Origin: a bacterium
GTDB lineage: Bacteria; Patescibacteriota; Minisyncoccia; Phycocordibacterales; UBA9973
DNA length: 64,000 nt
NCBI GenBank assembly: GCA_021824345.1
Contig: JAKAKW010000002.1
Span: 22,552 to 86,551, forward strand
Reading direction: 5' to 3'
The translations under genes were made by a program, and so were the position numbers. The notes below the pieces were generated by a model. It was not told the origin of the DNA and searched no databases. It worked only from the letters and a program-made list of their open reading frames with translations. Positions within the stretch are counted from its first letter, which is position 1. Each line of letters begins with the position of its first letter. Positions 55,370 to 64,000 of this stretch are shown one piece after another.

Positions 55370-56484
55370 AAATTGCTTATTTCAACGGCTCATTCAAGAA
55401 AGAGGACGGCGTGGTGAGGGTTATTTTGGCGCTGGTGGAGCAGGCAAAAAAACAGGGAGTGGAGACGGCAATAGTCGCAACCAAGTCAAAAGACACTGAA
55501 GTCTCTCCGGTTCCATTAATGGAGATAAATTCGGTGGAAATTCCTTTCTATAGGGATTACTCCCTGGCTTTTCCCGGGATCAAAGGTTTTGAAAAAAAGC
55601 TTGACGAATGGAAGCCGGATATTATCCACATAAACAGCCCCGATACTGTCGGATGGGCTGGTTTGAAATATGCGAAAAAAAATAATATTCCCATAGTGGC
55701 CACTTTTCACACGTATTTTTCTCGATACCTCAGATATTATCACCTATCATTTGCCGAGTCCTTCGCATGGCATCTTCAAAAAAAACTTTATAAGCGCGTC
55801 AGTTTTACTACCGCTCCCTCAACCTCCACGGCCGAAGATATAAAAAAGCACGGCGTACCGAACGTGTATCCGGTTCCCTGGGGCGTGGATTTCAAAAGTT
55901 TTAACCCCGCCTTTCGGTCCCAAGAGTGGCGAACGAAAATTTTCGGGGAAAGCAACAAGGAAAAAGCGATAATACTCTGCATATGTCGGCTGGTATCATA
56001 TAAAGATACCCGGATTCTCTCCGAGGTATACAAGCTCCTTAAGAAAAACAATAAAGATTTTTCTATGGTAATTGCGGGCAACGGACCGGAAAAAGAAAAA
56101 ATGAAATCCGCGATGCCGGAAGCCATTTTTCTCGGGCATCTTGAAGGCAAGGAACTTTCCGAGGCGTACGCTTCGTCAGATATTTTTCTTTTTCCGTCCC
56201 AAACGGAAACATTCGGAAATGTGAATGTGGAAGCCATTGCGTCCGGCCTGCCGCTGGTGGTGGCGAATTCCGGAGGTCCGGCAATGTTTGTCCAACGAGG
56301 CAACGGGTTTGCCGTCCGCCCGGGAGATGCAAATGATTTTTATGAAAAAGTATGCGTAATTTTAGATGATCAAGATTTGCGAAGAAAAATGAGCCAAGCC
56401 AGCCTGGAATACTCCAAGCAGTTCACCTGGGAAAAGACTTTCAGCGAACTGATGTCTCTATATTCGAAGTTTTTAAAAAAATAA
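55366..56484 (+). CDS. GT4 glycosyltransferase (MgtA/PimB-like)
   Basis: DGV, PDIIH, HT, GVD...F.P, YASSDIFLFPS.TETFGNV..EA.ASGLP. Confidence 0.9.
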   Translation: MKIAYFNGSFKKEDGVVRVILALVEQAKKQGVETAIVATKSKDTEVSPVPLMEINSVEIPFYRDYSLAFPGIKGFEKKLDEWKPDIIHINSPDTVGWAGLKYAKKNNIPIVATFHTYFSRYLRYYHLSFAESFAWHLQKKLYKRVSFTTAPSTSTAEDIKKHGVPNVYPVPWGVDFKSFNPAFRSQEWRTKIFGESNKEKAIILCICRLVSYKDTRILSEVYKLLKKNNKDFSMVIAGNGPEKEKMKSAMPEAIFLGHLEGKELSEAYASSDIFLFPSQTETFGNVNVEAIASGLPLVVANSGGPAMFVQRGNGFAVRPGDANDFYEKVCVILDDQDLRRKMSQASLEYSKQFTWEKTFSELMSLYSKFLKK

Positions 56485-56529
56485 AAATGCCCTCCTTTTA
56501 AATGGCATTTTTGTGTTAACATATTCCAT

Positions 56530-57243
56530 ATGAAAATCCTCTACGAAGACGAAGACGTACTGGCCGTAGAAAAGCCCTCCGGGCTCATGGTGCATCCGGA
56601 TGGCCGCAGTTCTGAACCCGCTGTGACCGATTGGGTTTTGAAGCATTATCCGGAATTGAAAGGAGTGGGGGAGCCGGTGACATTCGGGGAGGAGGAAATA
56701 GACCGCCCCGGGATAGTGCACCGGCTGGACCGCGAAACTTCCGGCGTTTTGCTTATTATGAAAAATCCGAAAGCCTTCGCGTATTTCAAGAAGCAGTTCA
56801 TGGAAAGGAAAATAAAGAAGAGATACGCGGCAATAGTATACGGACATGTGAAAAGCGACAGGGGGAAAGTGGACAAGCCCATCGGCCGAAGCCCTTCGGA
56901 TTTTCGCCGCAAACTTGCGGGCCGGGGCGCGAAAGGGGAGCTTCGAGAGGCCGTAACAGAATATAGCGTATTGAAAAGATTTGAAGACAAGGCCGGCGGA
57001 AAATACAGTTTCTTGGAAGTCCGCCCCCGCACCGGGCGAACCCATCAGATCCGAGTGCACATGAAATTTCTGAACCACCCGGTAGTGTGCGACTCCCTGT
57101 ATGCCTCGAAAAACGCATGTCCCTCCGAGCTTGGGCGCCTGGCGCTTCATGCGGAGTCCATAGAATTCAAAACTCCTCACGGCAAAACGGTGAAAGTGGA
57201 ATCGCCCTTGCCGGCGGAATTCAAAAAATTCTCCGGGCTATAA
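56530..57243 (+). CDS. RluA/RluD-family pseudouridine synthase
   Basis: KPSGL.VHP, HRLDRETSG, TGRTHQIRVH, LHA. Confidence 0.93.
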   Translation: MKILYEDEDVLAVEKPSGLMVHPDGRSSEPAVTDWVLKHYPELKGVGEPVTFGEEEIDRPGIVHRLDRETSGVLLIMKNPKAFAYFKKQFMERKIKKRYAAIVYGHVKSDRGKVDKPIGRSPSDFRRKLAGRGAKGELREAVTEYSVLKRFEDKAGGKYSFLEVRPRTGRTHQIRVHMKFLNHPVVCDSLYASKNACPSELGRLALHAESIEFKTPHGKTVKVESPLPAEFKKFSGL

Positions 57244-57268
57244 TATTGGTGCGGAGGGAAGACGGAGA

Positions 57269-57311
57269 GGGCGGAGGGTAACCCCTGCCTGCCGGCAGGC
57301 AGGCTCCGCCC
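57269..57311. repeat. Nested palindromes: CCTGCCTGCCGGCAGGCAGG (57284-57303) inside GGGCGGAGGGTAACC/CTCCGCCC
   Basis: Removing the 20-mer restores the intact element seen at 43499-43521. Confidence 0.8.
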
Positions 57312-57345
57312 TATGAATTTTCTGCAAGCGTGGTAGAGTTAATTC

Positions 57346-59097
57346 ATGCAAAGCGAAATCAGAGAATGCGCAAAGTGCGGGAAAAACTTCACCATAGAAA
57401 CGGACGATTTTGCATTTTACGAAAAGCTTGGCGTTCCTGCGCCGACATGGTGTCCTCACTGCAGATTTATTCGCAAAGCATCATTTATTAATGAGCGTTT
57501 TTTGTACAAAAGGAACTGCGGGCACTGCGGCAAGTCAATAGTTTCCATGTATCACCCGGATATCCAAATTTCTGCGTTGTGCGCGAAGTGCTATTTGAGC
57601 GATGTTTGGGATGCGCGAGACTACGGGCGGGAATATGATTTTTCAAGAAATTTCTTTGAACAATTCAAGGAGCTGAAATATGCCGTTCCTCAGCGAGCTC
57701 TTGATCAGAATGAAAGGAACGGGGAAGGCTGCGAGTATTCAAACTTATGCTATTCCAGCAAAGGCATCTATCTTTCTTATGATGTTATCGGGAGCGAATA
57801 CATTAAATATTCCAGCCACGTCCTGAAGCGCAATAAAAACTGCTTGGACAGCATGATTATCACCGGCAATGATCGCGGGTACGAACTTGTGCGCTCAGCG
57901 GATAATTTTAATTCTTCCTTTCTGGTGGATTGCGACCAATGCGTGGAATCAAATTTTTTGTATGATTGTTTGAATTGCGTAAATTGCTGCCTATCCTCTA
58001 ATCTGCGGAATAAAAGTTATTATTTTAGAAATAAGCAATTGACAAAAGAAGAATACGATAAAGCTCTGGATATGCTGAAGCTTGGAACGCATTCAGGACA
58101 ATTGAAGACAAAAAACGAATTCAAAGAAATGTCGAAGAAGGCTATCCATCGATATGCCCACATAAAAAATTGTGTTAACTCAGTGGGAGATTTACTGGAA
58201 AATTCAAAAAATATTTATCACGGTTATGCCCTTGCAGACGGGTCGGAAAACACCAAGTATGCCTATATGGGAGGAGGGGTTGCAAAAGATTCTCAAGATC
58301 TTATTTATACGGGACGAATTGAAGAATGCTATGAATTTACGTTGGGTGGCCGAGGAGGAAGCCGAATAATTTTTTCCCTGAGTTGCGCTGGCGGAAACAA
58401 GAACTTGTTTTATTGCGACAGTTGCAGAGGATGCTCCGATTGTTTTGGCTGTATTAGTCTCGTGAAAAAACAATATTGTGTCTTTAATAAACAATACTCA
58501 AAAGAGGAATATGGCGCCCTGGTGGAAAAAATAAAAAAACACATGTGTGAAATGCCGTATATAGATATGAAAGGCATGGTATATAAATTCGGAGAGTGTT
58601 TCCCGACAGAAATATCTATATTTGCCTACAATGAAACTATTGCATTTGAAGAAACACCTCTTTCTAAAGAAGAATCGCTTGCCGAAGGATATAGATGGAG
58701 GGAAACGGAAGAAAAGAAATATACAGCCACTGTGCAAGCTGAAAACTTGCCGGATAATATTAATGATGTGAAAGACGGTATTTGTAATGAAACTCTGGAG
58801 TGTCCGAATAAGGGGACAATGGAAACCCAATGCACTTCCGCATACAGAATATTACCCGACGAACTCGTTTTCTATCGGCAGATGAATTTACCATTGCCCA
58901 GACTATGCCCGAACTGCCGCTATTACGAGAGAAAAAAATGGATAAATCATTTTGAATTCTATAAGCGCCAATGCATGTGCGATCTGGAAAGTCACGGCCA
59001 TGCCGGAGCTTGTCCGAATCAGTTTGAGACAATGTACGCTCCCGAGCGCCCGGAAAAGATATTCTGCGATTCGTGCTATAAAAAAGAAGTGTATTAA
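57346..59097 (+). CDS. Cys-rich Zn-ribbon/repeat protein, tandem copy 1
   Basis: MQSE.R.C..C..., PT.CP.CR, C-terminus FCDSCYKKEVY. Confidence 0.85.
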   Translation: MQSEIRECAKCGKNFTIETDDFAFYEKLGVPAPTWCPHCRFIRKASFINERFLYKRNCGHCGKSIVSMYHPDIQISALCAKCYLSDVWDARDYGREYDFSRNFFEQFKELKYAVPQRALDQNERNGEGCEYSNLCYSSKGIYLSYDVIGSEYIKYSSHVLKRNKNCLDSMIITGNDRGYELVRSADNFNSSFLVDCDQCVESNFLYDCLNCVNCCLSSNLRNKSYYFRNKQLTKEEYDKALDMLKLGTHSGQLKTKNEFKEMSKKAIHRYAHIKNCVNSVGDLLENSKNIYHGYALADGSENTKYAYMGGGVAKDSQDLIYTGRIEECYEFTLGGRGGSRIIFSLSCAGGNKNLFYCDSCRGCSDCFGCISLVKKQYCVFNKQYSKEEYGALVEKIKKHMCEMPYIDMKGMVYKFGECFPTEISIFAYNETIAFEETPLSKEESLAEGYRWRETEEKKYTATVQAENLPDNINDVKDGICNETLECPNKGTMETQCTSAYRILPDELVFYRQMNLPLPRLCPNCRYYERKKWINHFEFYKRQCMCDLESHGHAGACPNQFETMYAPERPEKIFCDSCYKKEVY

Positions 59098-59148
59098 AGC
59101 CGTCGAGGTCTTTCCTCGGCAGTAGAATAAATGTGTCATAATAAATAA

Positions 59149-60897
59149 ATGCAAAGCGAAACCAGAAAATGCGGTTTTTGCGGAAAAGATTTTGAAATCC
59201 TGCCAAAGGACTTCGCCTTTTATGCGCAGATAAAAACCCCTCCGCCGACTTGGTGTCCGACATGCCGGTGCATGAGGCGTATGGTCCACAGGAACGAACG
59301 GCATTTATACAAGCGCACCTGCGACGTAACCGGCAAAAATATCATTTCAATATATCGCCCCGACTGTCCGTATGCGGTATGCGACAAGGATTACTATTTC
59401 TCGGAAAAGTTTGATCCGTTTTCTTATGGAGTGAAATACGATCCCGGCCGAAAATTCTTTGAACAGTTTTATGAATTCGCCAAAAAGGTTCCTCTGGCTT
59501 CGCTTTTCGTGCGCAAGTCGGAAAATTGCGCATATAACCAGGATATGGGAGGTTCAAAGAATTGCTATTTATGTTTCCGAACCCACAATTCCGAGAATAT
59601 GCTGTATACCTATCGGGGAAACCATTCCAGCTATTGCGTGGATTGTTTCCAGGCGATTGAGCACTCTGAATTTTTATATGAATGCGTCAATGTCTCTTCC
59701 TGCGGCAACAGCCGTTTCCTGCACTATTGCGAAAAGTGTTCCGACTCCGATTTTTTGTACAATTGCACGGGCTGCGTAGACTGTTTTATGTGCACAGATC
59801 TTAGAAACAAGCAGTGCTGTTTTAAAAACCAACAATATTCCCGGGAAGAATATGAAAAGATACGCGACTCGTACGGTATCCATACGCGCGCGGGCCAATC
59901 AAAAGCTCTGAAAGAATTTGAAGATTTCCTGAAAGAGCATCCGCGGAGAAACCTGACCGTCGTGAGGTCGGTAAACGTGTCAGGCGACATGATTTTTGAT
60001 TCCAAAAACTGCTCCGACGTATTTTTTGTGCGAGATCTGCAAAACTGTTCCCATATATGGGATTCCCACCGGTTCAGCGATTCCATGGACACTTATTCCG
60101 GCATGTCTACCGAGCTTACGTATGAAGCCACGGCCACTACCGGGCACAGCCACAATTGCCATTTCTGCGTAAGAGTTTATGACGGTTCTCGCGACTGCGA
60201 ATACAGTTGGTTCCTCCAGGCGTGCTCAAATTGCTTCGCCTGCGTGGGGCTTAGAAATGCGGAATACTGCATCTTTAATGTTAAATATTCCAAAGAAAAA
60301 TATGAAAAGTTGGTCGGGGAAATTAAATTGCGGATGGCGGAAGACAAGGAGTACGGAGAATTTTTTCCTCTCTATACTTCTCCTTTCCCGTATAACGATA
60401 CGGTGGCCCAGGAATTTTTCCCTTTTGATGAACAAAGCGCTACCGAGAAGAACTTGAAATGGGGCGAGATGGGAGAGAAAAACTACAAGCCTACCATTGA
60501 CGAAGAAAGTATTCCCGGGACCATAGAAGAAACCTCCGATTCTATTTTAAGCGAAGTCATCCGTTGTAATCATGAAGGGAAATGCACCCACGGTTGTACA
60601 AAGGCTTTCAACATAACCGCCGACGAGCTTTCCTTTTACAAGAGGAAAAATATTCCTATTCCAATTCTGTGCCCGAACTGCCGCCATTATCGCCGGTTGG
60701 AATATCGCAATCCCACAAGTTTGAGAAGCACGGTATGCATGTGCCAGGGGAGCAATCCAGCCGGCGGCAAATACAAAAATACTTCTACCCATTCGCACGG
60801 ACCCGCTCCCTGCGGCAAAAAAATCCAGACCGCAATCAAAGACGGTTCCGGTTATATAATTTACTGCGAGGAATGTTATAAAAAAGAAGTGTATTAA
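59149..60897 (+). CDS. Cys-rich Zn-ribbon/repeat protein, tandem copy 2
   Basis: Same architecture; C-terminus YCEECYKKEVY. Confidence 0.85.
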   Translation: MQSETRKCGFCGKDFEILPKDFAFYAQIKTPPPTWCPTCRCMRRMVHRNERHLYKRTCDVTGKNIISIYRPDCPYAVCDKDYYFSEKFDPFSYGVKYDPGRKFFEQFYEFAKKVPLASLFVRKSENCAYNQDMGGSKNCYLCFRTHNSENMLYTYRGNHSSYCVDCFQAIEHSEFLYECVNVSSCGNSRFLHYCEKCSDSDFLYNCTGCVDCFMCTDLRNKQCCFKNQQYSREEYEKIRDSYGIHTRAGQSKALKEFEDFLKEHPRRNLTVVRSVNVSGDMIFDSKNCSDVFFVRDLQNCSHIWDSHRFSDSMDTYSGMSTELTYEATATTGHSHNCHFCVRVYDGSRDCEYSWFLQACSNCFACVGLRNAEYCIFNVKYSKEKYEKLVGEIKLRMAEDKEYGEFFPLYTSPFPYNDTVAQEFFPFDEQSATEKNLKWGEMGEKNYKPTIDEESIPGTIEETSDSILSEVIRCNHEGKCTHGCTKAFNITADELSFYKRKNIPIPILCPNCRHYRRLEYRNPTSLRSTVCMCQGSNPAGGKYKNTSTHSHGPAPCGKKIQTAIKDGSGYIIYCEECYKKEVY

Positions 60898-60899
60898 TT

Positions 60900-62600
60900 A
60901 TGCAAAGCGAAATTCGGCAATGTGAAAAGTGCGAGCAGAGCTTCACTATTGAACCTGATGATTTCGCTTACTATAAAAAGATCGGGGTGCTTGTGCCAAA
61001 ACTGTGTCCGGTGTGCCGGGCGCGGCTACGGCTTACTTTCCGCAATGAGCGTTTCTTTTATCATCGCAAGTGCGACAGCTGCGGGAAGGAGATGATTACC
61101 ATGTACAACTCCGACAAATCTTTCCCCGTATGGTGCCATGAATGCTGGTGGAGCGATAAGCTGGATGCGGAAGATTATGGTCTGGAGTATGATCATGCCA
61201 AGCCCTTTTTTGATCAGGTAAAGGAGCTGTGGAACAAGGTTCCGAAGCTCGGCATGGTTTCCACCAACGGAGAAACTTCAAGTTTTCTGAATTATGCGGC
61301 GGATAACAAAAATTGCTACATGATCATTGAGTGTTCAAACAACGAGAATTGCATAAATTGTTACTGGATCCAGTTGTCCAAGGATCTGACAGACTGTTCT
61401 TTCACCCAAAATGTGGAGCTTTCATACGAAGTTGACGATAGTTACGATTCCAGCGGCTTGCAATATTCAAAGGGGTGTTACAACTGCCTGGACAGCGCGT
61501 TTCTTATGGACTGCCGGGGATGCTCCCACTGCCTGGGATGCGTCAATCAGCGCAATCGGCAATACTATATTTTCAACCGTCCGTATTCAAAGGAAGAGTA
61601 CGAGAAAAAGTTGGAGTCTTTACGCCTGGATACCCATTCAGGGGTGGAAGAATTCAAAAGAAGGTTCGCGGATTTTGTAAAAGACAAGCCGAGAAAATTT
61701 GCGGAGATTACCAACGTGATTAATTCCACCGGCACATATTTGAAGGATGTAAAAAATGTCAAAAATTGTTTTCATTCTTACACTGCCGAAGATTGCGCCA
61801 ACTCGGAACATGTGTGGCGGGAAGCTAAAGATTGCGTGGACTGTTCCACTGCCGGCCGTTCCGCTGAACTTGTTTTTAATACCTTAAACACCGGCTTGGG
61901 AGCTTTCGATGTGATATGCGGTTCCATGTGCTGGGGTTCGCAACATATGGAATATTCCGTATATTGTCCAAGTTCCCAATATTGCTTGGGGTGCACCGGC
62001 GCGAAGAACAAAAAATATTGCATTTTAAACAAGCAATATTCAAAAGGAGAGTATGAAAAACTGCGCGCCGAGATAGTCGCCAGATTAAAGAAAGAAGAAA
62101 TTTACGGCGATTTCTTTCCCGCCGAGCTTTCTCCGTTCGGCTACAACGAATCTTCCGCCATTGACGAATTTCCGCTTGAAAAGGAGGAGGCAATCGCGCA
62201 AGGTTTCAAGTGGGAAGATGCCGAGCGGGGGACATACGGCAAAGAAACAATAAATTGGGACAACTTTCCGGATTCTATACGCGACCTTCCTAAAGATTTT
62301 AACGTGAACAAAGAAGTGTTCGTGTGCGTAAAATGCAAAAAGAACTACCGAGTAATCGGAAACGAACTCGCCTTTTACCGCCGAATGGGAATTCCTGTTC
62401 CGCGCGAGTGTCCCGAGTGCCGGCATGTTCGCCGTTTCCGCGCTCGCGGACCGAACAAACTCTGGCGCCGGCAGTGTATGTGCAACAAAGAAAATCATGG
62501 CCATAAAGGCGTTTGTCCGAACGAATTTGAGACGAATTACGCGCCGAAAGGGCCGGATATCATATACTGCGAAAGTTGCTATAATAAAGAGGTATATTGA
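60900..62600 (+). CDS. Cys-rich Zn-ribbon/repeat protein, tandem copy 3
   Basis: Same architecture; C-terminus YCESCYNKEVY. Confidence 0.85.
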   Translation: MQSEIRQCEKCEQSFTIEPDDFAYYKKIGVLVPKLCPVCRARLRLTFRNERFFYHRKCDSCGKEMITMYNSDKSFPVWCHECWWSDKLDAEDYGLEYDHAKPFFDQVKELWNKVPKLGMVSTNGETSSFLNYAADNKNCYMIIECSNNENCINCYWIQLSKDLTDCSFTQNVELSYEVDDSYDSSGLQYSKGCYNCLDSAFLMDCRGCSHCLGCVNQRNRQYYIFNRPYSKEEYEKKLESLRLDTHSGVEEFKRRFADFVKDKPRKFAEITNVINSTGTYLKDVKNVKNCFHSYTAEDCANSEHVWREAKDCVDCSTAGRSAELVFNTLNTGLGAFDVICGSMCWGSQHMEYSVYCPSSQYCLGCTGAKNKKYCILNKQYSKGEYEKLRAEIVARLKKEEIYGDFFPAELSPFGYNESSAIDEFPLEKEEAIAQGFKWEDAERGTYGKETINWDNFPDSIRDLPKDFNVNKEVFVCVKCKKNYRVIGNELAFYRRMGIPVPRECPECRHVRRFRARGPNKLWRRQCMCNKENHGHKGVCPNEFETNYAPKGPDIIYCESCYNKEVY

Positions 62601-62602
62601 CT

Positions 62603-64000
62603 ATGGGATCTGAAACAAAAACTTGCCAAAACTGCAAAAAGGATTTCACAATTGAGCCGGAAGACTTTAATTTCTATCAAAAAATGCAGGTTCCTCCGCC
62701 GACCTTCTGCCCGCTCTGCCGGGCGCAGAGACGGTTCGCTTTTAGGAACGAGCGCACTTTATATAAGGTAAAAAGTGCATGGAGCGGCAAGGAAATATTC
62801 TCTATGTTTTCTCCCGCTTCCGGTATTACCGTTTATGAGAATGAAGTCTGGCAGGGAGACGAATGGGATCCTATGAGCTTCGGGCGGGAATATGATTTTT
62901 CAAAATCTTTTTTTGAACAATTTTTTGAGCTTGTGAAAGAAGTTCCATTCAGGAATTTAAACGCCCTTTTTACGGTTAATAGCCCTTACACCAATAACAT
63001 CAGCTATCCGAAGAATAGTTACTTGGTATTCAATGCCAAATCTCCCGAAGACTGTATGTATTCGCATGCTATCAATGATTCAAAATGGTGCGCAGACTGC
63101 TCTCACGTATCGAGGTGCGAATATTGTTACGAATGTTTCTGGACGACTGATTGTTCAAACTGTACTTTTTCATCCAGTTGTGAAAGTTCTTACAATATGA
63201 TGTTCTGCAAAAATTGCTCCTGTTGCCATGACTGTTTCGGATGCGCAAATTTACGCAATGCATCATACTATATTTACAACAAGAAATTCTCCAAGGAAGG
63301 GTATTCCGAAAAAATCAAATCTTTGCAACTCAAGTCATTCAATAATGTTGAAAAGATAAAGAAAGAAGCGGAAGAATTCTGGCTTAAGTTTCCGAATAAA
63401 TACTTGCAAGGGTTTCAGAACACGAAAGTGTCCGGAAACTATATTGAACATTCCAAAGAAGTGCAAAACTCCTTTATGGTTCGCGAAGGACAGAATCTGC
63501 ATTACTGCCAATATCTTCAGGAACTTCCGGGTTGTAAAGATTGTTGGGACTATTCCATCTGGGGAGACAATAGCCAGTTTCTTTATGAATGCCACGCTTC
63601 CGGATTCGGAGCCCAGAATTTAAAATTTTGCCTGTTTGGACAAGAAGACGTACGAGATATGGAATATTGCATATTCTGCACCAGGGGATCCGCTGAGCTT
63701 TTTGGCTGCGTAGGGTTAAAAAAGAAGCAGTATTGCATTTTGAACAAGCAATATTCCAAAGAAGAATATATTGGCTTAGTGAAAAAGATTAAAAAGCAAA
63801 TGGACGAAGTTCCATATGTAGACCAAAAAGGCAGGGTATATAAATACGGAGAATATTTCCCCGTTGAGCTTTCTCCATTTTCATACAACACTACCATGGC
63901 CCAAGAATATTTCCCTATTACCGTAAAAAACGCTGAAGAGGAGGGATACTTTTGGGAAAATGCTGCGGAGAGAAGCTACAACCCTGACTATAAACATACC
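62603..64000 (+). CDS. Cys-rich Zn-ribbon/repeat protein, tandem copy 4 (partial, runs off the edge; absent from the ORF track)
   Basis: ATG 62603: MGSETKTCQNCKKDFTIEPEDFNFYQKMQVPPPTFCPLCRAQRRFAFRNER... Confidence 0.85.
   Translation, partial: MGSETKTCQNCKKDFTIEPEDFNFYQKMQVPPPTFCPLCRAQRRFAFRNERTLYKVKSAWSGKEIFSMFSPASGITVYENEVWQGDEWDPMSFGREYDFSKSFFEQFFELVKEVPFRNLNALFTVNSPYTNNISYPKNSYLVFNAKSPEDCMYSHAINDSKWCADCSHVSRCEYCYECFWTTDCSNCTFSSSCESSYNMMFCKNCSCCHDCFGCANLRNASYYIYNKKFSKEGYSEKIKSLQLKSFNNVEKIKKEAEEFWLKFPNKYLQGFQNTKVSGNYIEHSKEVQNSFMVREGQNLHYCQYLQELPGCKDCWDYSIWGDNSQFLYECHASGFGAQNLKFCLFGQEDVRDMEYCIFCTRGSAELFGCVGLKKKQYCILNKQYSKEEYIGLVKKIKKQMDEVPYVDQKGRVYKYGEYFPVELSPFSYNTTMAQEYFPITVKNAEEEGYFWENAAERSYNPDYKHT

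Noticed and set aside
57346-64000. Diversity-generating retroelement targeting the Cys-rich genes
   Set aside because: No reverse transcriptase in the window and no near-identical TR/VR pair differing at adenines; paralogues differ throughout

Overview
64-kb window that looks like a Patescibacteria (CPR/Parcubacteria-type) chromosome in genetic code 11; the taxonomy is inferred from gene content (DUF5652/DUF5673-like proteins, Cys-rich paralogues, tRNA-Arg(GCG), short UvrC). Left third (1-~18.4 kb): an AT-richer accessory/defence region downstream of tRNA-Lys(TTT) and a tyrosine integrase. It holds a type I R-M system with unusual fusions (HTH-HsdM-half HsdS; HsdR with an Ig-like insert), a LexA-C5-methyltransferase fusion with Vsr and a frameshifted putative endonuclease, and several unrelated 1-2-gene units. 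The most striking signal is four copies of an ~85-97-bp junction repeat (3947, 6345, 7332, 8254). Each begins with TGTCC-N8-GG, the same register as the tRNA-Lys 3' end, and two also share flanking motifs with the DNA next to the tRNA. Together they suggest an integron-like, tRNA-anchored gene-cassette array run by a non-IntI integrase. Smaller tRNA-anchored inserts sit at tRNA-Ser (one NlpC/P60-like gene bracketed exactly by 13-bp direct repeats) and tRNA-Arg (148-bp unit). The remainder is core genome: uvrB-uvrA-uvrC, mutM, ruvA, rpsT, a 1562-aa surface protein, an ECF sigma/MacAB-like operon, a pyrF-pyrE fusion, ruvX, a pilM-like gene, tRNAs, and a PAP2/GH/GT4 cluster. It also carries short palindromic elements, some inserted in-frame in uvrB, uvrC and an ABC ATPase, many apparently leaderless promoters, and five paralogous ~570-aa Cys-rich proteins, four of them in tandem at the right end. 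All calls come from reading motifs by eye; no searches were run.
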